Assembly (NCBI RefSeq): GCF_000002075.1
Contig: NW_004797543.1
Span: forward strand, 558,632-622,258
Origin: Aplysia californica
Taxonomy: Eukaryota
Length of the DNA stretch: 63,627 bases
Direction of reading: 5' to 3'
The translations under genes were made by a program, and so were the position numbers. The notes under the pieces were generated by a model. It was not told where the DNA came from, did not search any database, and saw nothing but the letters and a program-made list of their open reading frames with translations. Each line of letters opens with the position of its first letter. The first letter of the stretch is position 1. Shown here piece after piece: positions 54,201 through 63,627 of the stretch.

Positions 54201-57200
54201 NNNNNNNGAGAGAGAATTTACTCTCAAAATTATCAAATTTTGTCAACACACACAATGCCTTACAAATAAAAAAAAAACAACAACATAAAAGCAGTAAGTA
54301 CATTTGCATTTCATCATAATAGGTACAGTAATCTGATTACACACCAATATATTTGATACTACCAAGTGATTCTATCCGCCTTCTTGTTGCTGTATTCAGG
54401 TAATCATGAATCCAGACGTGAAATGCATATTTCTCAACTAACCACAGTAGCAGCAAGAGCTGTGAGAAACACCAGAAATTATCACTGTGACAGAGGGTGG
54501 CAGTATACATTACCACAGTACACATCCCCACAGTAAACATTACCACAGTACAACACATTCCAACAGTACACATTCCCACAGTACACATTACCACAGTACA
54601 ACACATTCCAACAGTACACATTCCCACAGTACACATTACCACAGTACACATTACCACAGTACACATTACCACAGTACAACACATTACCACAGTACACATA
54701 CCACAGTACAACACATTACCACAGTACAACACATTACCACAGTACACAGTACACATTACCACAGTACACATTACCTTAGTACAAGTACAATAGGCAACTT
54801 TGAAAAGAAAACTATTCTCCGACTGAATTCACTTACGTAGGGGGCTTATCACAATTTCTGACGTCACGTAGCTGCTGTTATACTGTCCATTTGAAGCCAT
54901 CACCTGAAAAAAATCAAGGTTAAGAGTGAGAGCACGAGATCAGACTGGGGCCCCTTTTTAACCCTATCCGTACGTTTTGTTTTACTATCGTATCCATACG
55001 ACAAGGGGAACTCTGTGCCACCACTTCCAAAGAGGAAATTTACCAGTTAATCCGATCCGTACGCTGTGCACAGCTGTCTGTCAAAAAGATTTTTTAAGAA
55101 AACTGAAAGTTTCAAAGAGGTCTTCGTACTAGAAGTATTCTAAAATGTGAAGAATACATCCCCGGGGGTACAAAATGAGTTCGAACCCTTCGGCCGTCCA
55201 AAGTCAAAGAATTTACTGGTATTTATCAGCTGCCTTTTGTTGTGGCATAGAGTATCTACAACATCCGACTGGAGAGACAGCTAGGTAAGTACTACGCAGG
55301 TCACTAAATGCATGGCAGGTAAAACGATTGAGTGATACTGTAATATTCTGGCAGCCACACAGCGGGCAGTCACGTGGGGTATCCTTGCGGATCCTACTTA
55401 GGTAGGAATCCAATGCGATGTGTTGTTTTCACTGGCGAAAGATTACGACTTGTTCTCGTCTACTCGGGGAATTTAGTGCATCGTTTGAGTTGGGAGCAGT
55501 CATATGAGCAACTATAGTTCTTCCAGTTTTGCCCAATGCCCATCCATTCAGCCACTGTTCCTTGGTGTTGTATTTGGTGATGTTCTTGACTGTCTCCTGT
55601 GATACTGGGTTTTGAGAGGCCCCCTTTCCAACTCTCCCTTTTGCATACTCCACAGACATGTAACCTTAACCCTACTATAGATTGTAAAGAAATACTATAA
55701 ATGTAATAGACCGTTAAACACTGAGCTTGCCGTCAAGCGGGGATGTGGGCTATGCAAATGGTATCTCTATTATAATGATTATTACTTTAACAAAGACAGT
55801 CCTCCAAATCCCTGCACCGACCTTGAGCGTGTAATTTGTCGGACTCTCCCCAACAACCACTTTTACAGATGGCCGGAACACACTGTCGCAGTAAGTCGCT
55901 GGAGCAAACTCAACAACCTGGAAGAATCAACAGAGGAGATCTTGTGTGTGTGTAAGAGGGGGGGGGGTAGGGGTTGTACGGAAGGAAGTATCAGAACGTG
56001 GCACGCTCTAAACAACGTGATGAATACTGATGAAGCACTGTGTATTGTCTCTCAGGATAAACAAAAAGACTTTCAGTTTCTTTCTTTGTCTTTTGATAAA
56101 AATGAGAAAGTTCAGCAAGCAACTGTTCTAGTTGGAAGTCATCAACTTTGGCGGCCACATTCTCGTTAATTTGCATCTCTAACACCAGACACCAGGCAAC
56201 CTCCACCTCCTTCAATCACAAATATCTCAACTTCTATTCGAGGAAGATGGGTATTTGTTTTTTCCTCAAAAGCAAAAACAAGCTTTAAGGTGATACTAAT
56301 AACTCCATATGCCCCCAAACTTGACAAGCACCTGATTCTACTGTGTTGTGACACATAACATGTACTCACTGGGTCCCTAGCGCCATCCGAATTTGAAATG
56401 TAAAAGCCTGTGATGACGCCATTTCTTTCTCTTTCCTCTGGACAACCAAAGCTCAGGGAAACGTCGGAGGCCACCTGGGTACTCTTTGTCAACGTCAGAG
56501 CAGTAACAGGTCCTGGGTCTTGGGGAAGTAAGAACAACAAGGCTTATCAAAGATCGCTCATAGAGAAATGAGATTTAATAAATGCACCCATGCCAAATTT
56601 CAAAGAGCAAAATGTCCCATTTTCACTGACAAGTTTCACATCAACTTACGTTTGTAGAATGTTGTAATGGTCTGAGGACTTGATACAACAGCTATACCGA
56701 CGTTGGTTTTGGCTTCAACGGTCACTTCATAGACCCAGTGGCCAAGCACGTTCTCCAGAATGTCAGAAGTAACACCAGATGTATCTGTGAAAAAAATACA
56801 ATTATGACATAACTTGAGGATTGACTTGCACTAAACCTCAAAAGGACAAAACTGACATCACTTAAGGACCGACTTGTACTGAATGTCAGATCAGATCTGT
56901 CAAAGGAATAAAATTCCCACATCACTGGAGATCCTGTTTAAATTTTGAAAGCTATTACGGTGCTCGCAACTGCATAAGGTCATATGAGCGACACGAGTGG
57001 ATGCCAACAGAGAAGTCCAAACGAAGAATCAGGCTTACTCTGCTCACCTCTCTAGCCTCAACAGCACAAAGTCTGCCTCGACGATCAATGTACCCCGGAA
57101 ATAGCAGTTCACAAGAGAGTGATAAACATACGAAAGAAGTAGAGGGAAAATGACGATAGTAACGGCACAGTATGAGAATGAAACTGATAAATCAGCCCAT

Positions 57201-58887
57201 TTGCAATTCTACGGTGCATAAGAACATGTTTATATTCCCCCCTTTGGGAATGGCCTAAAGACACTTGTTGTCTAACTTGTACAAATCTCAGCTCCCAACC
57301 TAACCTCATATTTGCCGGACAAATGTAATGCCAGTTAGTTGGGTTTTTTAAAAATCTACAGCAGAGGAACATACTGACCAACAGAAAGAAAACACTATAG
57401 TACTTTATAGATCTATTCCTCACAGCCTTCAGTCTTGAAGAGTACTATAAACTACTTTTGACCACTAAATGCACAGATTGTTAAGTTCAAACTTCAAAGG
57501 CAAACAAGACAGCAGATGTCGGGTGCTTTAATCTTAGGACGTATTGTATCTGAATTTTTCAATGCGAGTGACAGCCCGAAAGCGAGGAAGCCAAAACAAA
57601 TCTCTGCCTTTTAATTCAACCACCAATAAATATTTGACAGGAAAGAATTTGTTTTAAGGAGAGGCTTTACGGCGCTCACAACTAAGGTCATATGAGCGCC
57701 AAGTGGTCGATGTCAACAGAAAAATCTTTACGCGGAATCAGGCTGATAGGAAAGAAGGAGCAAACCACACCAGAGCACCCACCAACCACCCTCAGACTAA
57801 ATGTTCAAAGGGGACGTGTTACTGAAAAACCCCCAACAATACGGACAATAAGGCCCAATAAAGTATTTACGTCCCTGAACCACCTCCACCTCCACCACCA
57901 CCACCACCACCAACAACAACACCCGTGTTATTACTAACTTTGGAGTACCAACGGGTCAGATGGTATTTTATTCATTTATTATTATTATTTGTCTTGTTTT
58001 TGTTTGCAGAGTTAAAAAAATGTTATATCAAAATTATCCATTATTATTTTTTTTTAAATTGTGTTAAACATGTAGCATGCAAGGTTGAACTGGGGAGAGC
58101 TGTACTGTTAGGAAGTATAGGGGGGCTTCCCCCGGGTAAAGTGGATTCATTGTATTGTGATGACTAAACTCGCCCTGAGACGGTGAGTCGTCCAACAGGT
58201 CAACCCACAAGTCATGGTACTTATCATTTTCGATAAACAATCCGGTTGAAAACAATCCATGAAATAAAAGCATAGCCTACTAAACAGGGAATCTCCGACT
58301 AACATAAACGCAAGTGCACACATATTTTAAAAAAGACAAAACATACTGATGCTAACACAAAACACTACCCCCATACAAGCAAAATTTGCATCTCTATCTT
58401 TTCCCTATCAACTCGTCTTAGCCCAGTAGTTTAGGTACTAATACTGACAAAGTCACCCCCATAGTATGAGACTTCGTGCAAACTTTCGGAAACTTCGGTG
58501 ACACGGTAAAGATGACTCCACTAGGGAGCCGGACAGAGGGTGCCCACCTCGTGACTCGAAAGAGCTGAGGAATGTAGGACTAACATGATCTAAATAATTA
58601 ACTACTAACCAGTTGTGGTAGCCATCTCCAGTTGGGGGTATGGCAACAATTAGATGTGTAACTTACCTAAAAACGTTATAAGAGTGAAGAAACATAATAT
58701 GTATTTACTTATTTATTAATGTATTTATTTATATGTAAAGTGTTTTCCTGTGTGTTTACTCTAAGACTTACAGTTAATTTCAAAACCCAAAATGCAACAC
58801 AGTTTGTTGTTATTACTAAACACAACAGCGCCAGATGATAGCATTGGGCTAGGTAAAAAAAAACACACACACACAAAACAACAACAA

Positions 58888-58926
<39 letters not shown>

Positions 58927-61713
58927 CTCAACAACAAAGTGGACAAGGTATACACATCACTGAACCAACAACAACAACCACCACCACAACAACAACAACA
59001 CAACGTGAACAAAGTATAATACATATCATTGAACCAAAAATGAAACCAAGAAAAAAACTAATCCAAAATAAATTATTCTATACCTCGAAACATGCGTGTT
59101 TCTTTCACTATAAAGTTCCCTGAGGTGAGACTTTCTTTTTCCTTGATCACCACAGTGAAGGTAGTTTCCCCGTTCCGATAACCTGGGACCCAGCTAACAT
59201 TCAGGTCCAGCCTTCCCTGAGGGGTCAAGGGTAGACTTTCCAGCCCAACGTTTGTCACAGGGCTTGCGGCTAAGACGAGAAAGACAAATGTTTGGTACAA
59301 TGCTAATAGTATATCACTAATAATTTTTAAGAGACTTGAATTAGTATTGCTTGACTCAAAAGATTTAAAGAAATTTCTTACGCTTTCATTTAAAACAATC
59401 GGTGGGTAAGAAACACAGGGAGCTAACGAGACCACACTACACCGCCTTCTGATCGGCTAAAATGATATCAATGAAACGACGTCACAAGGACGATTGCCTA
59501 CCCCGGCTTCTGATTGGCTAAAATGTATTACTAGATCTAGAGTCATTTAGACTACACGTATCTTTTTTTACAATGACTTGATTAACAAGGCACTAGAACA
59601 ATAATATGTCCTATAGTTGACACTAGGAGTAGAAACAAGTGAACTTCTGCAGTTTTGATCTGAACTGATCTTTGTCTGGCTTCTGCTCTACAATAGAGAT
59701 CACCAGCAGACACTCGATCGCTCAATGGTGACCTAGATTTCCGACTCAATTCCATTGGGCCTAAGGTCATATTAATACATGTATTATCAAATTTGGTATG
59801 TGTACATACGTCACTATATACAGCCAATCAGAAGCCAGCGTAGTGTGCTCTCGTTAGCTCCATGAGTAAAAATCACGCACCAACAAGATATAAAAAATGC
59901 ACAAAAATATTCAAACACTAGAGTAAAATTACCCTCGTTCTCATCCGATAAAGGAATAGAAAGGTGACCCCCCCCCCCCAACCCCCCCCCCCCCCCCACA
60001 AAAAAACAAAAACAACAACAAAAAGCAACAAAAAACAAACAGTACCATACATAATGAAAAATAAGGTAAAACCTTTTATGTAGTATGAAAACTCTTTCAA
60101 AGGAATATGTTAGTTCTATCTAGCATGGTGTAACATACAAGGAAACAAAGCAAACTGGAGACAGAGAGAATGAGGGCCTACTTTGTGTTATAAACTTTGA
60201 GTGAGATAGTAACATTTATGTAAATGTGTCCACAACATTTATGAAGCTTTATTGAAAACTATGTGTTATCACAGACAGAAAAAACAACAAGGACACTGCT
60301 ATAAACAACAAAATCCTGAAGAGAAACCGTTCACATGTTGACAGAGTCATCTCAACACACAAATTTGTGCTCTTAAACTGCTGAGACAAACGTTTCTTGC
60401 GCAGTTATTTTGCTGGGTTTTTTCACTTAGTTTTAGTAAGAGTTTTACCGCACTTGCAACACAATAAGGTCATATAAGTGCTGAAGATTAGGGGTATTAC
60501 AAGAGAGTAACAAACACAGAAAAGGAGGAGAGATCAGGATGATAAATGTTTGAAAGGAAAGAAAGAGCAAACCACACCAGAGCACCCGCCAACCACTCAT
60601 TTTATTTCACAAAAAAACAAGCTAAACATTCCGACAGTTTCGATATGTGTTCTCAATGACTGAACCGGATAATGTTGAAACAATCGAATATTCTCAAACA
60701 ACGGTGCACCTCAAGGTTGTGTAATCTCCCATGTCTTGTTTACGCATTACACGAACGACTGTACTTTGGACAACAAAAAAATTAAACTAATATTATTTCC
60801 TAAGGATTCCACTTTCCAAGGCCTTATAACAACAAATTAGAATGAATACAGGCACGCTGTAAATGTAATTACAAATTAGTGTGATAACCACTTCATTATA
60901 CTGAATGTTAAAATGACAAAGGAATTGATAATGGCAACCACTATTTTTTAAAGATGAGGAAGTGGAGGTTGTAAATTCTTACAAATATCTAGGAATAACA
61001 ATTGATAACAAGCTTGAATGGCATCTCCACGCTTCTCTGGTGCATCAAAAAATAAATCAAAGAATGTTTGTTCCTTTTTTAAGGAAATTAAAAAGTTTTC
61101 ATGAAGATAATAAGATTAAGTCTTTTTTTTAACAATTTAACAATGTATGTCGTATTTGCTGCTGGGCTGGAAACATCATGACAGATGAAGACAACAAGTG
61201 CATAGAGGTGACAACAAGAGAATAATCACTACACAGTATTCCTTTCCTAGACAGCACCACGTATACAGTCCATTATGGCATCCGATTCTTTTCTAATAAT
61301 AAAAAAATAACAGTTCCTTAAAAGAAACTTCTCTTATGAAGACAATGAATAAATTTGGCAAATGAAAAAAATTGAAACCCACCGTCACTCCCACAGATAA
61401 GAACACAAGAACCACATCATCATGTACGCACATCTTTTCAAAAGTAGACTTACCAGCCTCACAAAGATAAGAACACCAGAACAACATTATCGTCATGTAT
61501 GCATGTCTTACCAGCCTCACTTGTCTTGAAGGTAACTTCACTGTCGGCACCACCACCGACCTCTCTACTGAAAGCGAGGACATGAACAATGTAGTCTGTG
61601 TACGGAAGCAAGTCTGTCACTGTCACCTCAAAGACAACATGGGAATCACCAAGATCTGTTCTGTCATATTGACTCACAGGAGATGAAGGCAATGGGGATT
61701 TACACACAGAAAC
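21371..61713 (-). CDS. Receptor-type PTP (R3-like) pseudophosphatase copy B, 20 exons; 5' end lies beyond the window; one in-frame TAG
   Basis: Twenty exons with canonical AG/GT join in frame: FN3 repeats, RRKR, CNGPL domain, TM, juxtamembrane, single PTP domain, tail. TAG at 52883-52885. Confidence 0.9.
22141..22285 (-). CDS. Copy B P-loop exon
   Basis: (S)[15 protein letters not shown]...MVQTE; amino-acid identical to copy A. Confidence 0.95.
22681..22832 (-). CDS. Copy B WPD-position exon
   Basis: [50 protein letters not shown]; 152 nt. Confidence 0.95.
23918..24043 (-). CDS. Copy B motif-7 exon
   Basis: [42 protein letters not shown]; 126 nt. Confidence 0.95.
25147..25281 (-). CDS. Copy B motif 4-6 exon
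   Basis: [45 protein letters not shown]; 135 nt. Confidence 0.95.
26322..31400 (+). pseudogene. Disrupted gag-pol of the Gypsy element
   Basis: ORF fragments 26684-27877, 29174-29476, 29525-29869, 29854-30768 and 31015-31602 in PR-RT-RH-IN order. Confidence 0.9.
28240..28957. mobile_element. Non-autonomous DNA transposon (Kolobok-like) inside the Gypsy RT
   Basis: TTAA TSD, termini GGGG..TACACC / GGTGTA..CCCC; removing it restores [23 protein letters not shown]. Confidence 0.85.
32413..32483 (-). CDS. Copy B exon at the motif 2-3 position (degenerate DxxRVxL / DYINA)
   Basis: cccag|(C)[23 protein letters not shown]|gtcagt; phase 1-0, joins GYNS. Confidence 0.85.
33214..33272. repeat. (GATA)n microsatellite
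   Basis: Direct read. Confidence 0.95.
33400..33615 (+). mobile_element. 3' fragment of an RTE-like LINE (another at 52575-52715)
   Basis: TWxxIKRLxxDRERWKVxVR-like C-terminus followed by a (GAT)n tail. Confidence 0.65.
33673..33733 (-). CDS. Copy B exon at the motif 1 (KNRY) position, shortened
   Basis: ctcttcag|[20 protein letters not shown]+T|gtaagt; 61 nt, phase 0-1. Confidence 0.8.
33790..34310 (-). mobile_element. tRNA-derived SINE, same family as 12520-13042
   Basis: Colinear similarity along the full length. Confidence 0.75.
36025..36106 (-). CDS. Copy B juxtamembrane / PTP N-terminal helix exon
   Basis: gccag|(R)[27 protein letters not shown]|gttagg; phase 2-0; typical RPTP P-I...F...DS...F..EFE pattern. 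Confidence 0.9.
37044..37103 (-). CDS. Copy B juxtamembrane exon
   Basis: ttcttctcaaag|(R)[19 protein letters not shown]|gtgaga; 60 nt, phase 2-2. Confidence 0.7.
37481..43720 (-). mobile_element. Near full-length degenerate RTE-clade LINE interrupted by a piggyBac
   Basis: APE domain ([18 protein letters not shown]) at 39710-40315, RT ([19 protein letters not shown]) at 38328-39230, (GAT)n tail at 37481; 5' region resumes after 43366. Confidence 0.92.
40402..43362 (+). mobile_element. piggyBac element with a frameshifted transposase
   Basis: IDEA / TDNYY / GVDRSD catalytic motifs and C-terminal Cys-rich domain ending at 42848; 20-bp palindrome at 40408-40427; boundaries approximate. Confidence 0.9.
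45156..45279 (-). CDS. Copy B transmembrane exon
   Basis: tttttacag|(V)[40 protein letters not shown]|gtaag; hydrophobic helix plus basic stop-transfer. Confidence 0.93.
45426..49283 (+). mobile_element. Tc1-like DNA transposon with a nested L2 LINE
   Basis: TIRs tactc(t/a)tttccaaaagaaacttgaca flanked by TA; degenerate transposase at about 48048-48945 ([29 protein letters not shown]). Confidence 0.9.
45670..47970 (+). mobile_element. 5'-truncated L2/CR1-group LINE
   Basis: [36 protein letters not shown]; (TAT)n tail. Confidence 0.92.
50083..50168 (-). CDS. Copy B pre-TM exon
   Basis: [28 protein letters not shown]; phase 2-1. Confidence 0.85.
51283..51388 (-). CDS. Copy B membrane-proximal Cys domain exon
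   Basis: [34 protein letters not shown]; FxVG..C....CNGPL is typical of RPTP pre-TM domains; phase 1-2. Confidence 0.9.
51670..51865. repeat. Degenerate tandem repeat of about 33 bp
   Basis: Recurrent tttcacccttacagagccc, about 6 copies. Confidence 0.8.
52825..52941 (-). CDS. Copy B furin-site exon containing an in-frame stop
   Basis: ctttcag|(G)[37 protein letters not shown]|gtaagg; 117 nt, phase 1-1. Confidence 0.8.
53440..53570 (-). mobile_element. SINE fragment related to 13163-13540
   Basis: Reverse complement of gggtcgaaatccc...gttgtgtccttcggaaaggcacttt. Confidence 0.6.
53577..53696. repeat. About 40-bp tandem repeat, 3 copies, next to an exon donor
   Basis: ttttcacttttcaagacaggaaagaattcttttcccaaaa. 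Confidence 0.85.
53706..53891 (-). CDS. Copy B ectodomain exon
   Basis: [61 protein letters not shown]; phase 1-1. Confidence 0.85.
54500..54785. repeat. 15-18 bp minisatellite
   Basis: acacattaccacagtac variants. Confidence 0.92.
54837..54903 (-). CDS. Copy B FN3 C-terminal exon
   Basis: [22 protein letters not shown]; phase 0-1. Confidence 0.85.
55210..55660 (-). mobile_element. Old non-LTR retrotransposon C-terminal fragment (I-group-like)
   Basis: W...W....GR...RREQVVIFR...CPLCG-type zinc-knuckle region, disrupted. Confidence 0.45.
55822..55917 (-). CDS. Copy B FN3 middle exon
   Basis: [32 protein letters not shown]; phase 0-0. Confidence 0.8.
56370..56518 (-). CDS. Copy B FN3 N-terminal exon
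   Basis: [49 protein letters not shown]; phase 1-0. Confidence 0.9.
56650..56784 (-). CDS. Copy B FN3 C-terminal half exon
   Basis: [44 protein letters not shown]; phase 1-1. Confidence 0.9.
56955..57265 (-). mobile_element. Family X SINE-like repeat
   Basis: Uninterrupted copy showing a single CATAC at the position of the Gypsy target site. Confidence 0.75.
58875..59003. repeat. (CAA)n microsatellite region
   Basis: Direct read. Confidence 0.9.
59084..59269 (-). CDS. Copy B FN3 N-terminal half exon
   Basis: [61 protein letters not shown]; phase 1-1. Confidence 0.9.
59419..59861. mobile_element. MITE-like element with long imperfect TIRs
   Basis: ggagctaacgagaccacactac...ttctgatcggct versus agccaatcagaa...gtagtgtgctctcgttagctcc. 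Confidence 0.7.
60900..61200 (+). mobile_element. Highly degenerate LINE RT C-terminal fragment
   Basis: [14 protein letters not shown]...KINQR-like peptide. Confidence 0.55.
61512..61713 (-). CDS. Copy B FN3 C-terminal half exon (most 5' exon found)
   Basis: VSVCKSP...[38 protein letters not shown]; LxPxTxY motif; phase 0-1. Confidence 0.9.
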
Positions 61714-62416
61714 CTGAAATGGGAGGGAGGATAATCAAAAATTAGCCAATGAGATCCATTTTGAAAATACTTTATCTCAAAAGTAGATCAACAATATTTG
61801 AAAATTTCTTTGCTCTATTCATAATCTAGTTTTTCTTAGGACATCAATATTGTTACTCTCTTTCCATGTTACATTTTTAAAACGTTTTACTTTTAATTTC
61901 TCTTTTCTGTCTTTCTCATCCTCACACACTAAGTCTTCTCCTNNNNNNNNNNNNNNNNNNNNNNNNNNNNNNNNNNNNNNNNNNNNNNNNNNNNNNNNNN
62001 NNNNNNNNNNNNNNNNNNNNNNNNNNNNNNNNNNNNNNNNNNNNNNNNNNNNNNNNNNNNNNNNNNNNNNNNNNNNNNNNNNNNNNNNNNNNNNNNNNNN
62101 NNNNNNNNNNNNNNNNNGTGCATGTGAGTTTGTGGGTGTCGGTGTGTGTAATATGTAAGTGAATGTATGTGTGTGTGTGTTATACACGGTGTCTAACCTG
62201 CCTTAACGGAAGCCTGTCCAAGACAGCAACCTGTCATACGGTCATAACAGAATCCCCCCCCCCCCTAATTANNNNNNNNNNNNNNNNNNNNNNNNNNNNN
62301 NNNNNNNNNNNNNNNNNNNNNNNNNNNNNNNNNNNNNNNNNNNNNNNNNNNNNNNNNNNNNNNNNNNNNNNNNNNNNNNNNNNNNNNNNNNNNNNNNNNN
62401 NNNNNNNNNNNNNNNN

Positions 62417-63627
62417 CATCATCATCGGGTGCCTTGCCGACTGGCGTAGGCGATCATGGACCTCCACTTCACCCTGTCCTTCGCTGCAGCAATGGTGTCT
62501 GTTGTTCTTGCTGCTCCCAACCACGTTGTCATCTTGTCCAGTATCTTTTCCCTCTGTCTGCCTCTGCCTCTCTTTCCATCAAACTTTCCTGTTGTGACAA
62601 TATTCTCTAATGCTTCTTTTTCCGCATTGTGGGTCCGAAGAAATTTGCCTGCGGTTTTCTTATATTCGTGATAAGTTGTTTTCTATAATTTGCTTCAACC
62701 AGGACTTCTTCATTTGTTTTTCTAGCTGTCCATGGGATACGTAGCATGTGTCTTATGAACCACAACTCTGTTGCTACAATTGTTTTTTCCAGCAGTTTAT
62801 TGATTGTCCACGCATCGCAACCGTATAATAGGATTGGCTCGATGTAACTTTTCAGTACTCTTTTCCTCGTTTCCAGTGACAGATTGATGTTTGTTACTAT
62901 CTGTTTCATCTTGTGGAAGGTTGCTTTTGCTTGGCAAATGCGGCTTTTAATTTCGGTGTGACATCTACCATCTGATTTTATAATGGTCCCCAAATATTTA
63001 AAATGTTGTACTTGCTTGAGGGTGGTATCGTTGACTTTGATATTGCATGTTGAGATTGGAGTTTTTCTGCTTATCACCATCGTTTCGGTTTTCTTGATGT
63101 TTAGGCTTAAGCCCATGTTGTCACTCTCTTGTACGATGAGATTTAATAGATTCTGCAGGTGTTCTTCATTTTCTGCTATAAGGACTGCGTCATCTGCATA
63201 TCTTAGATTGTTTATATTATGTCCCCATATCGAGATACCAGGCATTTCTTCTATGCGTCTCATGATATTTTCACTATACAGAAAGAACAAGTCTGGAGAA
63301 AGTACACATCCCTGTCTGACTCCTCTTTTAATCTGTATGTATTCGCTGATGTCATTTTCTATTCTCATTGCAGCAGTTTGATCCCAGTACATGTTTTTGA
63401 TAATCTTTAAGTCTTTCTCGTCGATATTAAGAACTTCCAGCATGTCGATGATCTTGTCGTGCCTAACTTTGTCGAATGCCTTGGTGTAGTCTATAAAACA
63501 TAAATGAAGATCTTTCTGAACTTCTAGGGCACGTTCTATCGTTGTTCTGATGACATGTATGGCATTTACAGTGCCTTTACCTTCAATAAATCCACACAGT
63601 TCTTGGGCTATTTCTGGGAGAATTTTA
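62417..63627 (-). mobile_element. RTE-clade LINE, 3' part (runs off the window)
   Basis: [21 protein letters not shown] in ORF 62607-63443; (GAT)n tail. Confidence 0.92.

Noticed and set aside
54337-54840. Cys/His-rich repetitive ORFs
   Set aside because: Minisatellite open in several frames on both strands.
58064-58273. [14 protein letters not shown]... as a possible extra exon
   Set aside because: No FN3 pattern, only a GC donor, and the flanking exons already form a complete FN3 domain.
58761-59024. PolyQ / polyC ORFs (and similar polyM, polyI, CV and YI ORFs elsewhere)
   Set aside because: Microsatellite translations.
21371-61713. Assigning a vertebrate or fly gene symbol (PTPRB/J/O/Q, Ptp10D)
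   Set aside because: The architecture fits the R3 class, but orthology cannot be established without a phylogeny.

Overview
Repeat-rich animal genomic DNA with many assembly gaps (invertebrate-like; a mollusc is only a guess). The core is a pair of convergent (tail-to-tail) paralogous receptor-type protein tyrosine phosphatase genes lying in a large inverted duplication (about 90-12500 versus 14200-32340). Copy A (+) shows its last 5 exons (982-7121). Copy B (-) can be spliced by hand through 20 phase-compatible exons (61713 down to 21371): FN3 repeats, an RRKR furin site, a Cys-containing pre-TM domain, a TM helix, one PTP domain and a Tyr-rich tail, i.e. R3-subtype architecture. Both copies have lost catalytic residues (P-loop [10 protein letters not shown] with R>H, WPD>WTD, KC>KG, conserved Glu>Lys; KNRY and DYINA are also lost in copy B, the only copy where those exons are visible). 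Yet the five shared exons keep identical lengths, splice sites and frames, and the P-loop exon differs only by silent changes. This points to a selected pseudophosphatase receptor pair with diverged tail motifs. Copy B has one in-frame TAG, in a frame-symmetric (skippable) exon just after the furin site. Introns hold nested transposons (SINE>Gypsy>Kolobok-like MITE, RTE>piggyBac, Tc1>L2), a second piggyBac, several SINEs, MITEs, minisatellites and a minimal hammerhead ribozyme motif. All alignments and counts were done by eye.
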